Origin: a virus
Strand: one strand, 5' to 3'
Virus record (IMG/VR): IMGVR_UViG_3300045988_137392
Span: 1 to 35,613 of that record
DNA: 35,613 nucleotides
Numbering within the stretch: position 1 is the stretch's first letter; each line of letters begins with the position of its first letter. Under the pieces are notes generated by a model that made no database searches, had not been told where the DNA came from, and was given only the letters and a program-made list of their open reading frames with translations. Positions 9,301 through 16,599 of the stretch are shown one piece after another. A program made the translations under genes and the position numbers.

Positions 9301-9818
9301 ACGTGCCTGACAGCCTTATAAACGAACTGCTCAAACAAGACCCGGAAGCGGCGCTGGACTATGCAACGCAGCTTCTGAAAGACCCCAAGAAGCTCTCGAA
9401 AATCAAGTCGCTGTACAAGGACGATGAGGGCGTAAGCAACATCATCGCCAACATGGTGACGGAAAACTCAGACGAGTTCGAGAAGTTAGGTACTGACGCA
9501 GGCACGCTGTTTGGCGACAGCTTTATGGAAGCGTTCAAGGCTAACTGGGAGCAGTCCATGAAGGACGTTTTTGACGGCAATTACGTTGACGCTGCGGCGG
9601 CGAATGTATCTGCTGCCAACTCTTCAGCGAGCATTTCTGCCAACACATCGGCTGCGAACACAACGGCGGCGGACAGTCAGGACACATCTGCGGCGGTCAA
9701 ACGCACATCTGCTTCATCGGGCAGCCCTGTTTACAAGGTGGTTGATCTGGACGGCAAGTATGTGGCTAAGGTTGTTGCGCAGGAAAACAAGCGGGCTAAA
9801 ACTGCCAGCGGAGGTTAA
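6375..9818 (+). CDS. Tail tape measure protein
   Basis: 1147 aa, Ala-rich helical N-terminus, long coiled-coil Lys/Glu segments. Canonical position, SD GGGAGGTG, ATGA overlap. Confidence 0.9.
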   Translation: MSEAGEIKYKITGDDNGLKASLDNAKRQAEQTAASMAAASDSIEQVGTNAAAAATALSSTASAAARAAENTSQAAAGAERMGASVSAASGSIASFANSSQAFMQGPLAQMGQVSSQAQGVVRDLDDVGNAAQNAGQKGEEAGKKGESALGKIGSAAGKAALEIGKISLAAVGAASAAVGAVSKAAIDSYANYEQLVGGVETLFGDSADVVKGYAEEAFSTVGMSCNDYMETVTGFAASLVSSLGGDTATAAQKANTAVADMADNANKMGTDMQSIQNAYQGFAKQNYTMLDNLKLGYGGTKEEMERLLEEAEKIQKTKFGVDVDYDVSSFSDIVDAIHVVQTEMGISGLTAKQAAEAVASGAMTEEEAFDAMGTTAKEASTTIQGSIATMQGAWQNLMTGIADPAQDFDKLLGDVIDSVVTVSNNLMPRIMAVLPQMATGITELTENLLPLIPDTLEQMLPSVIEGANSLIAALLDTLSSIADTAIPIVTENADEIINTLLSGLISAIPSLASSAADLCTALITAILDNADIITQGAVDIVLALAQGLTDNLDSLVPAVVNAALTITETLLDNADKLIDAGVQLIGAIAEGLAASIPQLLQQAPVIIEKLVVALMDAGQALITDVPKSICENIVSGLKSFDWTEGANSTIAGLNEAMEKAADNMAKDDGYVVLGSQEEADARLQAALDELEAKNGGLTGAYKELADSLSASADDTAEAAEEAGTTVSEAIADSMPDAGVDGVVDKSEMLDAALKELEDKYAVHKVTEEEYWAGRKAALEQYRNEEDAEWWKLYDKVTEHYDKLADTEAKAAEKAAKEAEQAKKDAENALKTSVEDKFREIETEQLEKGYDDSWLLEQERAFIETLDHNSYTYQDYNLKLLKEQKSYDDKALKEVETAAKKQRDTLEKAYDSVVKSRDSLASSLKGSSGDIFNSSEETDKRTGAKTKSNKIDLSGFEKKLAAKKKLTSKIAELYEKNVPDSLINELLKQDPEAALDYATQLLKDPKKLSKIKSLYKDDEGVSNIIANMVTENSDEFEKLGTDAGTLFGDSFMEAFKANWEQSMKDVFDGNYVDAAAANVSAANSSASISANTSAANTTAADSQDTSAAVKRTSASSGSPVYKVVDLDGKYVAKVVAQENKRAKTASGG

Positions 9819-9820
9819 GC

Positions 9821-10195
9821 ATGAATGATACGATATTAAAAATCGGCAATGTGGATATGTCCGAACACGTTATATGCGAGGCTGTAGATATATCGACAGC
9901 GCCTGTGTATTCGGACAGCTTCACTGCTGTAAACGGCAAGGAACGTAAGAAATGTCTGGGTGTGAGCGTCAGTCTGTCGGCTGATTTTCAGGTGCTGTCG
10001 GACACGGTAGCAGCTGCCCTTGTGACCGCCTGCAATGCGGACGAGGTGACCGTAAAATACAAATGCCCCACGGTACAGACCAATGTGTTTGACCGCCCGA
10101 CTATCCGCTGTGTGCCTGTATTTAACGACGGCACGGTGGACTATTACAACATATCCGTATCTATGACCTGCCCTCTCACGGGCTCAGGCCTTTAG
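9821..10195 (+). CDS. Tail tip protein, possibly the N-terminal part of a distal tail protein
   Basis: 124 aa immediately after the tape measure, SD GGAGG. Ends GGC CTT TAG. See the frameshift finding at 10167-10296. Confidence 0.55.
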   Translation: MNDTILKIGNVDMSEHVICEAVDISTAPVYSDSFTAVNGKERKKCLGVSVSLSADFQVLSDTVAAALVTACNADEVTVKYKCPTVQTNVFDRPTIRCVPVFNDGTVDYYNISVSMTCPLTGSGL

Positions 10196-10295
10196 CCTGC
10201 CGTACAAGATAACCTATCAGGGTACGGAATACGGTGCGGACGTACTGGCCAACATCAGGCTGAGGCGGTCGCTGGAAGGCAAGGGATTTGACGGT

Positions 10296-11249
10296 GTGGC
10301 CACAACGGAATTTTCCTGTGATGTATGGTCGGCTGTGCCGTTTATCGAGGGCAGCAAGGTAACATTTAACGGCTATTTGCTGCCTGATTTTTACATTGCC
10401 CAGCAGTCCTATTCTGGCGGTGTGGCAAGCATCACGGCGTATGACCTATGCAAAAATCTGGATATTCCATTTGATTACAGTAATTACACACAGTTTGACA
10501 CTGACGGAAAGACGCTGAAATGGTATCCGACTGCTCAAATCGTGGGGGCGGTTGCCTCCCAGTGCGGTTTCACCGAGGGCGGATATTCGGGGCGCATGGC
10601 ACAGCTGTGCTATCAGGATTTTGCCGGCAAGACGTGCAGGGTCATACTCAGCGACCTGTCCCACAATGACGTGGGATACTGGCATGACGGCGGCGGTGTG
10701 CTGGCGTTTGTGCCATTTTCTGCGCCCTCTTCGGGGCTGGATATGCCTGCGGAAAGCGACAGGACGGAGATCATCAGGCGGGGCACCAAGCACATTACAG
10801 GCGTATATGCCACTGATGAGGCATATGGCAACGAGTATGCCTCGGGCTCCGACTGGCGGCACACGGAGCGCATTTCGGGACGGTATCTGACTGAGGCGGC
10901 TGTACAGCAGATGGTATCGCAGATAGTCGGCAGCGGCGGTGAGTACGCATATCACGGCTGGGAATGTTCGCAGATGATCACTGATTATTTGTACAACATT
11001 GGTGATTTCCTTGCATACGGCGGCGACAAGCTTCCTGTGCTGATTGTTGATTTTGATTTCACGGGACTGGGAATCGTGGCTGATGTTTCTGCGCCTGAGG
11101 CGGATTGCAGTTTCAGTGAGTATCATGATTTGTACAGCAGGGCTATTGAAAATCGGGTAAAGCTGGGCAAGAAACATGGCTGCATGATGTTCGGTGAAAA
11201 CGGGCTGAGTTTTGTGTGCCAAAAGGAGGCGAAAGTCAACAGTGGCTGA
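10296..11249 (+). CDS. Tail tip/baseplate protein (5' end uncertain; frame open from 10167)
   Basis: 317 aa from GTG 10296 (weak AAGGGA SD). The same frame is open and coding-like for 33 further codons upstream, without a canonical start. Confidence 0.6.
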   Translation: MATTEFSCDVWSAVPFIEGSKVTFNGYLLPDFYIAQQSYSGGVASITAYDLCKNLDIPFDYSNYTQFDTDGKTLKWYPTAQIVGAVASQCGFTEGGYSGRMAQLCYQDFAGKTCRVILSDLSHNDVGYWHDGGGVLAFVPFSAPSSGLDMPAESDRTEIIRRGTKHITGVYATDEAYGNEYASGSDWRHTERISGRYLTEAAVQQMVSQIVGSGGEYAYHGWECSQMITDYLYNIGDFLAYGGDKLPVLIVDFDFTGLGIVADVSAPEADCSFSEYHDLYSRAIENRVKLGKKHGCMMFGENGLSFVCQKEAKVNSG

Positions 11250-11484
11250 GCATTATGATCCGCTGGAATTTGAGGACTTAGGCGACAAGCTGTTCCGCAA
11301 ATGCGGAAGCATGGATATTGTCTGCGAATATCCGCTAGTATCCTTCGATCGCATTGATGGCGAGACTTCAGGCAAGGCGATATATGAATATGGACCGTAC
11401 ATTATTACGGTGACGTATGATATTGACGGCGGGAAACGCAAAAATGCACACTGGACGAGGGTGTATAAGGAGGCGGGCGGATGA
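11242..11484 (+). CDS. Hypothetical tail-module protein (80 aa)
   Basis: GTG 11242 lies 12 nt after AAAAGGAGG. TTG 11212 is an alternative start. Frame of track ORF 11212-11484. Confidence 0.4.
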   Translation: MAEHYDPLEFEDLGDKLFRKCGSMDIVCEYPLVSFDRIDGETSGKAIYEYGPYIITVTYDIDGGKRKNAHWTRVYKEAGG

Positions 11485-12272
11485 TTTTAGACGGTGGGCT
11501 TATTTTACAGGCGCTGGCAGGTGGGGGAACCTCGGGTGGCGGCAAGGTCAAGCCCATAACTATAACGGAAAACGGCACATACAATGTTTCCGACGCTGAA
11601 AAGGCTGAGGGGTATGTGGGATTTGCGCCTGTGACGGTTGATGTGCCGCAGAGCTGTTTGAATATGTGTGATTTGTTTGAGCAGCAGACACCAATCGCAG
11701 TTATACCGCTGTTTGGAGACTACACCGCCAAACTGGTACAGCTGCCTGAGGGGGTATGGCAAAGTCGGATTAGACAATACCAAACCTACATTTATGGAAA
11801 TAATTATGAAACCTATTGTAGCGATGATAGAAAAATCATTACTTGCATTCTAGGTGTTTATCGTGGCGATACACTGCTTTATCTTGGCTATCCCACAACT
11901 AGTGATAGTTCGCAGGACGGTTACAGTGCAGAGAATGTTTATGACGATGACGGCAACATTATAGCGGTAAATGTGTGGAAATCGCACAATGTGATGTGGA
12001 CGTACCGATTTTCTGAGATGACTGTTTCAGAAAATGTAAATATCACATCATTTTATAAATACATACAGGTGCCAACGGCAGGGATTACAACCTATTACGC
12101 ATCGGATGGTACAGTGACAGAAAACACATTTAAAAGCACGTGGAATTTAACCATTAGTGTGGGTGGTTCTGATTGGTGGTTCACCCGATTTACGGGCGAT
12201 GAACTGATAGCCCAAATGGATATCTGTGCGCAAGATGTATATGCTGAGTATCGGAAAAGACAATCAACCTAA
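11481..12272 (+). CDS. Putative tail fibre / receptor-binding protein
   Basis: ATGA overlap. The N-terminus GGGKVKPITITENGTYNVSDAEKAEGYVGFAPVTVDVP is a motif I recognise from tail-fibre N-termini of Clostridia phages. The distal two thirds are visibly more AT-rich. Confidence 0.5.
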   Translation: MILDGGLILQALAGGGTSGGGKVKPITITENGTYNVSDAEKAEGYVGFAPVTVDVPQSCLNMCDLFEQQTPIAVIPLFGDYTAKLVQLPEGVWQSRIRQYQTYIYGNNYETYCSDDRKIITCILGVYRGDTLLYLGYPTTSDSSQDGYSAENVYDDDGNIIAVNVWKSHNVMWTYRFSEMTVSENVNITSFYKYIQVPTAGITTYYASDGTVTENTFKSTWNLTISVGGSDWWFTRFTGDELIAQMDICAQDVYAEYRKRQST

Positions 12273-12283
12273 GGAGGATATTT

Positions 12284-12700
12284 ATGGTAAAAGAAGTAAA
12301 AGGCTGCAACAGGGTCATCGAGATCACCCTTGACGGCACTGAATGCGCTGTGAAATTTGATGCTAAATACAACGGTTTTGATATCCGCAACAAGTCGGGC
12401 AAGGATATCACAGTATCCCTGAAATCGGGTGCTGCCAAGGGCGATGATGGCGTTATCACCATTGGAGACGGCGAGACGTTCAACTATATGCACATGATGG
12501 GGCTGGACACTGTATATATCACAGGTTCGGGTGCTGTGGCTGTGGCGGCTAAAAACGAGGCAGCGGCAAATTTTAAGGCGGTTCGGAAAGGGGGTGGAAG
12601 CGGCATGAAAACAGGCGGTATAACGTTGCACGGACAGGTCCTGCCGATTTATGCGGTGGGAGAAGCTGTTGATATTGCAGATACGGAGGTTATAGGATAA
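12284..12700 (+). CDS. Hypothetical protein (tail/lysis-adjacent)
   Basis: 138 aa, SD AAGGAGG 6 nt upstream. Confidence 0.5.
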   Translation: MVKEVKGCNRVIEITLDGTECAVKFDAKYNGFDIRNKSGKDITVSLKSGAAKGDDGVITIGDGETFNYMHMMGLDTVYITGSGAVAVAAKNEAAANFKAVRKGGGSGMKTGGITLHGQVLPIYAVGEAVDIADTEVIG

Positions 12701-13371
12701 TGGGAAAGCTTTACAAATATCAGCCTACGCTGGGTATGTCGAAAGATGACAGGACACAGGCTAACTACACTGCCAAAATTATTGCATGGTTACATTCTGT
12801 GGAAGATTTGCTGACAACTGTCGCTGACATCACATATACAGAAAACGGTTGCACACTAACACCTAAGTTTACTAACATCAACAGCAAGGTTATTGCCGTT
12901 GAGGTAAATAGTAGCAGCAGCTATGTGGTATCAACTAAGACAGGCAACCAGTCTCCTGCCTGGTCATCATCAAGCGTTGCTCTTAGCGGAGACCCGTATC
13001 TCTATATCATCTCTGATACGGATATGGTTGGACTGGGTCTGGGCACTACACCGTGGTGTTGTTCTATCCACTCGGCTACCAAATTTGACGGCACTGAGTG
13101 CGGCGTTGAGGTTACTGCGGATACCTATAATCTTGTCTGGTTTATTGGAAATGGTGTTCAAAACGGCACGTCTCAATATTACGGAACGGAAGCGGTCGGC
13201 ACTACTTCGTCGTATTGCATGAAGCCGTTTACATTTGCGGCTTCAGGGGTTATCCAAAATCATGTTATGTCCGCCGACGGCGGTATGGAAAAACCTGTCC
13301 GAGGCAGTGTCTTTACAATCGGCGATGACACATATGTCGGAATGGTCGGCAATTTCGTTCTGAGGGTGTAA
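12700..13371 (+). CDS. Hypothetical protein (223 aa)
   Basis: TAATG overlap with the upstream gene. Long ORF with no competing frame. Confidence 0.5.
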   Translation: MGKLYKYQPTLGMSKDDRTQANYTAKIIAWLHSVEDLLTTVADITYTENGCTLTPKFTNINSKVIAVEVNSSSSYVVSTKTGNQSPAWSSSSVALSGDPYLYIISDTDMVGLGLGTTPWCCSIHSATKFDGTECGVEVTADTYNLVWFIGNGVQNGTSQYYGTEAVGTTSSYCMKPFTFAASGVIQNHVMSADGGMEKPVRGSVFTIGDDTYVGMVGNFVLRV

Positions 13372-13383
13372 GGAGGAATAAAA

Positions 13384-13809
13384 ATGGACAAATTTACGGA
13401 ATTTATCAAGATTTTATGCGGCGGCATAGTTACTGCCATATCGGGATTTTTCGGCGGTATGGACGGCATTATGTATGCGCTGGTGGCGTTTATCACCATT
13501 GACTACATAACAGGCGTGGCGGTAGCGGTGAAACGCAGAGAGCTGTCCTCGGAGGTGGGATTCTGGGGTCTGGTGCGCAAGGTCTGCATCGTGGCGCTGG
13601 TAGGCGTGTCACATTTTGTTGATGTTTATGTCATGCACACAGGCGATATTTTCAGGACGGCTATTGCGCTGTACTACATAGGCAACGAGGGCATATCGCT
13701 GTTAGAGAACATCGGCAATCTGGGTGTTAAGCTGCCCAAGAAGCTGATCGACGTGCTGGAACAGATACGTGACGATAATTCGGGGGAGGGCAAAAATGAT
13801 GAGCATTAA
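13384..13809 (+). CDS. Holin (phage_holin_4_1 / TcdE-like family)
   Basis: 141 aa with three hydrophobic segments. DYITGVAVAVKRRELSS and YIGNEGISLLENIGNLGVKLPKKL are characteristic of the family. Directly upstream of the endolysin. Confidence 0.8.
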   Translation: MDKFTEFIKILCGGIVTAISGFFGGMDGIMYALVAFITIDYITGVAVAVKRRELSSEVGFWGLVRKVCIVALVGVSHFVDVYVMHTGDIFRTAIALYYIGNEGISLLENIGNLGVKLPKKLIDVLEQIRDDNSGEGKNDEH

Positions 13810-14497
13810 CATCAAAATGGATACAGGCACTGCCAACACCACTGTTGCCAAAGGGCGATCCATCGAATGGATAGTGATCCACTACACGGCAGGCACATCA
13901 TCGGCTGCGGGTAGCGCACACAATCTTGCGGCATGGTTCAGGGCGGGAGCAAATCCCGCCAATCCTGCCAGCGCTGATTTTATCGTGGATGATAAAAATG
14001 TTGTCTGCTATAATCCTGACATTGCAAACCGTTATTCATGGGGCGCAGGCGGGGTAAAATACACCAAGATGTCCACATCTGAGGGTGGTAGGTATTACGG
14101 CAAGTGCAGGAACAGCAACTGCATCAACATTGAGATTTGCAGCAACAAGAAAAACAGGAAGTCTCTGAGCGCAGATGACACGGACTGGTATTTCACCGAT
14201 GCAGAGCTGGCATTGGCTGCTGAGCTGGTCAAGCATCTGATGAAAACATACGGCATTTCAGCTGACCATGTTATAATGCACCACCAGGTGACCGGCAAGC
14301 TGTGCCCTGCTATGTGGACACATTCGGAGGCAGAGCTTGAGGGCTGGAAGAAGTTCCGGCAAATGTTTATGCCTGCTGTCGAAAGCAATCAGATGTTTTA
14401 TGTGCAGGTCGGGGCTTTTAAGTCTCGTAAGAACGCCGAAGCATATTTGGCAAAGGTCAAGAAAGACTATCCAAGTGCGTTTATTAAGGTGATGTAA
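13796..14497 (+). CDS. Endolysin: N-acetylmuramoyl-L-alanine amidase (Amidase_2/PGRP) with C-terminal SPOR domain
   Basis: IEWIVIHYTAG, ADFIVDD and HHQVTGKLCPA motifs. The C-terminus MFYVQVGAFKSRKNAEAYLAKVKKDYPSAFIKV is SPOR-like. ATG 13796 lies after GGGGGAGGG. Confidence 0.85.
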   Translation: MMSINIKMDTGTANTTVAKGRSIEWIVIHYTAGTSSAAGSAHNLAAWFRAGANPANPASADFIVDDKNVVCYNPDIANRYSWGAGGVKYTKMSTSEGGRYYGKCRNSNCINIEICSNKKNRKSLSADDTDWYFTDAELALAAELVKHLMKTYGISADHVIMHHQVTGKLCPAMWTHSEAELEGWKKFRQMFMPAVESNQMFYVQVGAFKSRKNAEAYLAKVKKDYPSAFIKVM

Positions 14498-14503
14498 AAA
14501 TTT

Positions 14504-14537
14504 TCTCCCGCTCTCGATTGAGGGCGGGAGATTTTTT
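14504..14537. terminator. Near-perfect 28-bp palindrome flanked by A/T runs: bidirectional terminator between the lysis genes and int
   Basis: TCTCCCGCTCTC(14504-14515) GATT GAGGGCGGGAGA(14520-14531), then T6. AAAAATTTT lies upstream. Confidence 0.7.
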
Positions 14538-14566
14538 GTTTAGGGAAAAGTAAAAGCGCCGAGAAG

Positions 14567-16111
14567 TTATTCCCGACGCTTTTTGATTACCATACAGCCG
14601 CATATTATCGAAACGGTTTGTATGTTTTTGTTTTGGCTCCCCAGCGCAGAGGGAGCACAATCCGCTGAGGAGCTATCTGACACGGCTGAGAGCGGTATAT
14701 CAACGCTTTTGCCGTCCTTGTCCTTGAAAATGACCGTGAGCTTGTCGTCGTAAACATACACCTTTGATATCATGATGTCGGCGATAGCTTTCTTGCCCTC
14801 GGTGGTGTTGATATCGGTTGCAAGGATATCATCTATAAACACGGTGATCTGCTCCACTGATGGCACATTGTCGGTCATTGCCTGCGACAATCGGAGGGCA
14901 GAACTGAGTTGTTCCTTGCGCTCTTCCAGCTCCCTGACCTTATCATAAAGCAGCTGATTTCCGCCTGTCTGAGCTATGGCGTTCACAACGTTCTCAGCCT
15001 GCTTAGTGCATTCGGTCAGCTCCTTTTCCAGTTCGGCAGGCGCATACTCATTTCTGACCGTCTGCAAATACATCTGATAAATGGTCTCGGCAGTCTCCGC
15101 CTTGTCCATCTGCTCAAATGCTGACCGTGCTGCTCTGCATACCTCGTCCTCTATCAAATATTTATTTTCCAGCTTCTTGTGGCAGCCTGACTTTTTCTGC
15201 ACGCCGTTACAGCGGTAATAATAGTGCTTGACCCCGTTGCGTCCTGTGCCTGACAGCCCGCTCATGGGCTCTCCGCAGTGACCGCAGTATAATTTACCCG
15301 ACAAATAATAATCGGCTTTGGCGGTGTTCTTGGCGGCTCTCTTGCGGTTGGTTATCAGCTTTTCTCTTACAGCCTCAAAAACTTCATTGGGTATCATCTG
15401 CGGTATTCCTCCCTCGATCACTATATCGTCGTATTTGTAAATGCCTATGTATTTTTCATTAGCCAGCATATTGTAAAAACTGTTTGTGGTGAACGGCCTG
15501 CCTCGGCAGTTGCGATAGCCCTGGGCGTTCAGATGCTCGGCTATGTCGGTGAGCCTCTCCCCTTCTGCGTACATCCTGAACACAGTTTCGGGGATAATTC
15601 GGGTCTCATCATCAATGACCAGCTTCTTGTCAACGACCTTGTACCCTAACGGGATATGTCCCGTTGTCTGAGCCTTCATTGCCGACTGGCGCATTCCTCG
15701 GATAGTCTTTTCCCGAAGATCGGCGCTGTAGTATTCGTTTATTGCTTCAATGATATGGGTCATCATCTGACCGCTGGCATCGTCCCCGAAGCTCTCCATG
15801 ACGGACAGCAGCTTCACGCCGTTTTTAGCTAAAATCTGACGGTTTACGGCACTGTCTATGGTGTTGCGTGCAAAGCGGTCAAGTTTCCACACAATAACAC
15901 TATCCCACTTGTGCATGGCGCTTTCATGAAGCATCTGCTGGAAGGCGGGACGGTCGTCATTTTTACCTGTCATGGCTCGGTCTATGTATTCCTGCACGAC
16001 TGTTATGCCGTGCTGCTTGGCGTAGTTGTAGCAGTCATAAAGCTGTCCCTCGATGGACTGCTCCGTCTGCTTGTCCGAAGAGTATCGGGCGTATATTACG
16101 GCGGTTTTCAT
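14567..16111 (-). CDS. int: Large serine recombinase (integrase)
   Basis: 514 aa. N-terminal resolvase domain (AVIYARYSSDKQ...WKLDRFARN), recombinase domain, zinc ribbon (CGHCGEPMSG...YYRC), coiled-coil C-terminus. SD AAGGAGGA. Confidence 0.9.
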   Translation of the reverse strand: MKTAVIYARYSSDKQTEQSIEGQLYDCYNYAKQHGITVVQEYIDRAMTGKNDDRPAFQQMLHESAMHKWDSVIVWKLDRFARNTIDSAVNRQILAKNGVKLLSVMESFGDDASGQMMTHIIEAINEYYSADLREKTIRGMRQSAMKAQTTGHIPLGYKVVDKKLVIDDETRIIPETVFRMYAEGERLTDIAEHLNAQGYRNCRGRPFTTNSFYNMLANEKYIGIYKYDDIVIEGGIPQMIPNEVFEAVREKLITNRKRAAKNTAKADYYLSGKLYCGHCGEPMSGLSGTGRNGVKHYYYRCNGVQKKSGCHKKLENKYLIEDEVCRAARSAFEQMDKAETAETIYQMYLQTVRNEYAPAELEKELTECTKQAENVVNAIAQTGGNQLLYDKVRELEERKEQLSSALRLSQAMTDNVPSVEQITVFIDDILATDINTTEGKKAIADIMISKVYVYDDKLTVIFKDKDGKSVDIPLSAVSDSSSADCAPSALGSQNKNIQTVSIICGCMVIKKRRE

Positions 16112-16122
16112 TTAATTCCTCC

Positions 16123-16151
16123 TTGACTTTTCTTGGAGGATATGGTATAAT
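16123..16151 (+). promoter_or_regulatory. Sigma-70/SigA-type promoter, divergent from int
   Basis: TTGACT(16123-16128), 17-nt spacer, TGgTATAAT (extended -10; TATAAT at 16146-16151). Confidence 0.55.
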
Positions 16152-16157
16152 TCACAT

Positions 16158-16232
16158 TGTATGAATGGTGAATGTACCACATTCTCCTGCGCTCCGAGAG
16201 ATGTTCCAGCATCTTTTGGGGCGTTTTTTTTT
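16158..16232 (+). ncRNA. Candidate small RNA of about 75 nt (promoter to terminator, no credible ORF)
   Basis: Predicted start is about 7 nt after the -10. Hairpin GGTGAATGT(16167-16175)/ACATTCTCC(16179-16187). It ends at the terminator at 16190-16232. Confidence 0.35.
16190..16232 (+). terminator. Intrinsic terminator (plus-strand orientation)
   Basis: 14-bp stem 16190-16203/16210-16223 (includes three G:U pairs), loop TTCCAG, followed directly by T9 (16224-16232). Confidence 0.65.
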
Positions 16233-16241
16233 ATTTATCTC

Positions 16242-16270
16242 TTGATATGTAATAAAATATATGATATAAT
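16242..16270 (+). promoter_or_regulatory. Sigma-70/SigA-type promoter
   Basis: TTGATA(16242-16247), 17-nt spacer, TGaTATAAT (TATAAT at 16265-16270). Confidence 0.55.
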
Positions 16271-16317
16271 ATAAATATATACATATCGATATTACAAGAT
16301 TTGAAAGGGTGTTTTAT

Positions 16318-16599
16318 ATGAAAATAACTATTCCACGCTCCGCAGATTATTCATTATATCGCACTGTATCACGACTTAAAAATGTAAGCGAACGGGAAGA
16401 TATTACAGTAGAACAGCTAAAACCGTTTATCAACAAATTAGCTGAATTGGTATGCGAAGATGCAAATTTGGATTTTGCATCAATAAATCTTGGCTTTGTA
16501 CCACCGAGCAAAAGCTTTGATGATGTGGGCAAAGAACCAATTCACAAAATTGTAAGCTTAGAGGGTGACACCATTATGGGTAAAAGCGGTATGTTCTGA
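16318..16599 (+). CDS. Hypothetical protein (93 aa), convergent with and overlapping the cyclase-like gene
   Basis: ATG 16318 lies 8 nt after GAAAGGG and downstream of the 16242 promoter. No TM segment or motif recognised. The 3' end overlaps the minus-strand gene by 42 bp. Confidence 0.5.
   Translation: MKITIPRSADYSLYRTVSRLKNVSEREDITVEQLKPFINKLAELVCEDANLDFASINLGFVPPSKSFDDVGKEPIHKIVSLEGDTIMGKSGMF

Noticed and set aside
6326-9580. Many antisense or off-frame ORFs inside the tape measure gene (for example 6326-6664 minus, 6669-7202 minus, 7523-7975 minus, 8009-8362 minus, 8381-8722 minus)
   Set aside because: They lie entirely within a 1147-aa ORF that has a strong SD and canonical context. 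Their translations are low-complexity Ala/Ser/Leu/Pro mirror images of a GC-skewed coding strand, and they have no start context.
10446-11222. 258-aa minus-strand ORF opposite the tail tip gene
   Set aside because: It is fully antisense to a well-supported plus-strand gene in an all-plus late operon. The product is Arg/His/Pro-rich and non-protein-like, and there is no SD.
16161-16274. 37-aa ORF (MNGECTTFSCAPRDVPASFGAFFFIYLLICNKIYDII) that looks like a type I toxin peptide
   Set aside because: It has no ribosome-binding site. The hydrophobic stretch is simply the translated U-tract and AT-rich promoter DNA, and the ORF runs straight through a strong terminator.
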